64,000 nucleotides of DNA from Marsupella aquatica (lineage: Eukaryota > Plantae > Marchantiophyta), in the NCBI GenBank assembly GCA_973895155.1, contig OZ316898.1:5319079-5383078 (forward strand), in the 5' to 3' direction. Numbering within the stretch: position 1 is the first letter of the stretch; each line of letters starts with the position of its first letter. Below, piece by piece: positions 61,051 to 64,000 of the stretch. Position numbers and translations under genes: made by a program. The notes under the pieces are model-generated. The model saw only the letters and a list, made by a program, of their open reading frames with translations, did not search any database and was not told the DNA's origin.

Positions 61051-62040
61051 CACTAGCCATGTAAAAGGGGAGGTGTCCAACACTTCGCCCTTTTTCACAT
61101 CCCTCTGCTCTCTTGTGCCCCTTTGCTCCATAATTTTAAGAAAAGGACACTATTAATGGTGAAACCTGGTGAATCAAGGTTTTGTCATGGCTAGTGGCGG
61201 TTTAAGGTAAAGGGCCGATGGTCTGCCGCTAACCTCACTGAATGATGAACTGACTATCAAGGCCCACCCACATGGAAGAGCATGCTGGAGAGCTACTTAC
61301 CTTCAGGAAGGGTTAGTATTGATCTAAACTCTCCATCAAGCAAACCGTTTTGCCTCTGGAACATCGAGCAGGTGACTCAACTAGGGGTGGGAGGAGATAC
61401 ATGGCCAACTGTAGGATCAAGAAACTCTTGGACCGGAGGACAGAGCAGGATGATTGGATTCCTGAAGAGGAGATTAAGCGATGATCAAGTCATGAAGTTG
61501 AATTGGCATTGGCGAAAATTTAGTACTCACAAGTGAAAGAAAATTTGGGGGGGATGGTCAGTCCGACAGGTGAGGTTTTTCCCTTTGACAATTGTTGAAT
61601 CATGGGTTTTGTACAAATGGTAGGGCTAGCCACTGGGGCCTTTGCGATGGTGTTTGCGCTAGGTAAACTCAATAGATATCATTGACAAGATTTCAAAATG
61701 GTAACTTTGGATTACCCAATTGTCTGTAGTTGTCAATTTAGTTTTCTATTTTTTTTATCATTTTACTATATTTTCATGCCTCCCATCGAACACAAAAAGT
61801 TGTGTTTGCTTCTTATTGAGAACATGAGTGTTCCTTTTTAGGAATGAACCTGTTGCTGTGACTCAACTTGGTGCTAGAGATTTTAGAAGAATATCCCCAA
61901 GGGGTCCATAATATCTAATTTTCCTAGATTAGTTTATGATCCCTAGATCTCTTCCTAGATTTAAGGATAACCCTAACATTCTGGCTACTAGGCACTAAAA
62001 TGGCTAATACAAGACAAAAAGCCTGGTGAAGGCTTTTCAT

Positions 62041-62521
62041 TGGCATGGTTTTGTTTTTTTGCCTTGAAAAAAGTAGCAGACCCATCCAACAGAGGATACA
62101 TGTTCTGCTTTGGAATATACACCAGTGTAGAGTAGCCCACAAGGGGGAACAATAACCAGGGATTCTACAAGGGCCCATACCAGGAGGGTTGGGCCAGGGC
62201 ACCCAAAGCAGTCATCCAGGGGCCTAGGAGAGACCAGTACACCCCACCCACAGAGAAATTGAGGAGATACTAGTAAGGTCCCCATAAATGAGATACAACC
62301 AAGGCCATAAAATTGTTTTATGGCCAGGACTTACCATAAATGAGATATGGCCAAGGAAGTACAGGCTACCTGAATACAAAACCCATAAGAATCTTAGTCT
62401 AAATAGGTTTCTACCCATAACATTTTGCTTCGTGGGGACCCCCCCATTGTACTCCCACCAGTACAGCCCACCCACATAGCCTCATACCCAAGGGATGGAG
62501 GGGGATATTGAACCAGGGATT
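62041..62521 (-). mobile_element. SINE, copy E (interrupted, head truncated)
   Basis: T-rich tail, CCCATCCAACAGAGGAT, TAGCCCACAAGGG and GGGGGATATTGAACC all match copy A. Confidence 0.6.
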
Positions 62522-62693
62522 CAATAGCGAATTTTCGCCACCGGAAAAAGGCCGTTAATTACGTTCCCTTCGCATTTGTGTGCCTTTTGGTGTTTTGGTG
62601 TGGAGGCAATTCAGTTCAATTGCACGCAGCAGAGGCTGAAATCGGGCAAAGCTCTATCTACTCCAGTGCGATCGTCTCACGCAGGAAGCGGCA

Positions 62694-62790
62694 ATGGTGA
62701 TCTCCACCAGATGGAGTCTCGCTACGGGCCCCGTCCTCATGGTCGGGGCAGTGTTCGCGACAACCAAAGGCGCTCTCATTGTTGTGGGAG
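62694..62790 (+). pseudogene. Frameshifted inverted copy of the small-protein exon 1
   Basis: 97 nt to the donor versus 96 nt in the other arm (ACAACCAAAGGCG vs ACAACCGCGGCG). The duplicated segment ends before the candidate exon 2. Confidence 0.4.
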
Positions 62791-63815
62791 GTATGTTTTT
62801 CGCTTTCTCGTTTGGTTTTCCTGTTCGCTTCTCTGACCTTTCTGTGATTTTTCATCCTTTTGGAGACGGCGTTGAAAGGTTTTACCGTCTCGTGCATCAT
62901 CTGGCAGTGGTACTCGGTTTGTTAGTTTTCATGTTTCCGGATATCCGTCAGTCACTCGTCCCGATCTCAATTTGCATTCTTGAAATCGAGCTTCCATAAT
63001 TGATGTGGAATTGATCGACGCTTTTCGTCTCCGCTCCTCTCTCAGAAGTAATTGGTGAATTTTTTTCCGTGTTGGGTGATGCTTTGAATTGTGTCAGTTC
63101 CTGCTCCCTTTTCCTGGTTGCTATTTAGATACATATGGTTTTCTAGTGTTCAGTGAACTGGATTTTGGAATCTCGTCTATCAGTAGTTGGATGTCTGTCT
63201 ATCGCAGTGGTATAGAGAGGAATCCTCGAGGTCTGATCCCAGGCCTGGACCACCTCGATTACGGACCGTTAATTCTCTTGGAAGAAGAATCACCTTTTGA
63301 CAAACAGGCTTAGTCAAGCCTTTGGAGGAGTCATCCGAATGGCCCATAAGCAAACTTTGCCTTTGTCTCCGTCTGCTCCCCATTAGCACCGATGCTGTTT
63401 TGAGTCCCTATCAGAGTTCCGCAATCTGCCAACGCTACTTGCTTTTAATGTTCTGACTGTTTGGAACAGTAATTTTTTGGGTAAACTTTCTCAGTGATAC
63501 ATGTCCTATACTGTTTTCTGTTTCATACTTTCAATTCTCCAGAAGAGTCCATTTCATCTGACATTTTTGGGGGATGTCTTGCAGAAACACGGCAAGCCTG
63601 AAAGTCAGCCACGCAAAAGTCCAAAATGAGGCCTGGTTGGGCTGGCCCCGGCCATTGTTTTTACGTAGTACATATCATTGCCTCATATTGGACAATTCCA
63701 GAGAAGTAATGGAATCTCCTACATGAGTTTTGGACTTGATCACAGACAGGAAATTAATTATCCCGTCGCCGACGAGAGACAGATAGCCTCTCAGAAATCG
63801 GAGAGAGAGAGAGAG

Positions 63816-63947
63816 ATGAGCTATCTACTCCCAACCGTGAACTCGAAGGAGGACGTGGACGAGCTGATCTTCAATTGTATTGACAAAGTGCTCGTTCTGC
63901 GATTCGGCCGGGCCACAGACGCCGTGTGTCTGCAGCAGGATGATATT
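63816..63947 (+). CDS. TXNL4B: Exon 1 of Dim1-family thioredoxin-like spliceosomal protein (TXNL4B/Dim2-like); continues beyond the window
   Basis: MSYLLPTVNSKEDVDELIFNCIDKVLVLRFGRATDAVCLQQDDI followed by a GTGAGT donor. VLVLRFG and VCLQxDDI are characteristic of the family. Confidence 0.88.
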
Positions 63948-64000
63948 GTGAGTACCCGAATTCTGTACACCCTGTATTGCCATGTCCCGTTCTTTCCATC

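Larger units (their letters stand above)
59643..63750. repeat. Inverted duplication: arms ~59643-60806 and ~62580-63750, ~1.8-kb spacer
   Basis: The reverse-complement match can be followed along the whole arm (e.g. CCTGTCTGT.ATCAA..CCAAACTCATG, AAGCCTGTTTGTCA, ATGGTGATCTCCACCAGATGG). Divergence is moderate. Confidence 0.92.

Overview
Eukaryotic, intron-rich plant nuclear DNA. It is most likely from a non-flowering land plant, probably a bryophyte. The co-occurrence of an alpha/beta-hydrolase-NLR and an intact DYW-PPR editing factor points to an editing-competent lineage rather than complex-thalloid Marchantiidae (inference). Contents in order: (1) a tandem pair of NLR immune-receptor genes. 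Copy 1 (1-2397) is visible only as its LRR half. Copy 2 (7429-14521) is complete, with hydrolase, NB-ARC and LRR domains. Their LRRs are built from near-identical 216-nt triplets that vary almost only at solvent-exposed residues. The ~12.2-kb duplication also carried a decayed 3' end of the neighbouring isoamylase gene. (2) An 18-exon isoamylase ISA1 gene (-). (3) About 11 kb of TE-rich intergenic DNA with tRNA-derived SINE copies, a copia-type solo LTR with TSD and TIR elements. (4) A large AIPP2/PAIPP2-like gene encoding 2xPHD, CCHC, SPOC and an RD/RE-rich tail, preceded by candidate uORFs. (5) A PLS-E-DYW PPR gene with homogenised 303-nt triplets, plus a downstream decayed PPR fragment. (6) A ~1.17-kb inverted duplication of a small-ORF gene. 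(7) The first exon of a Dim1-family (TXNL4B-like) gene. The strongest candidate for a novel system is the hydrolase-NLR locus: Cys replaces the nucleophile Ser, the Walker B and MHD motifs are non-canonical, the LRR triplets are shuffled and hypervariable, and a SINE alters the C-terminus. All exon boundaries were read by eye from GT/AG sites and frame continuity, not confirmed by transcripts.
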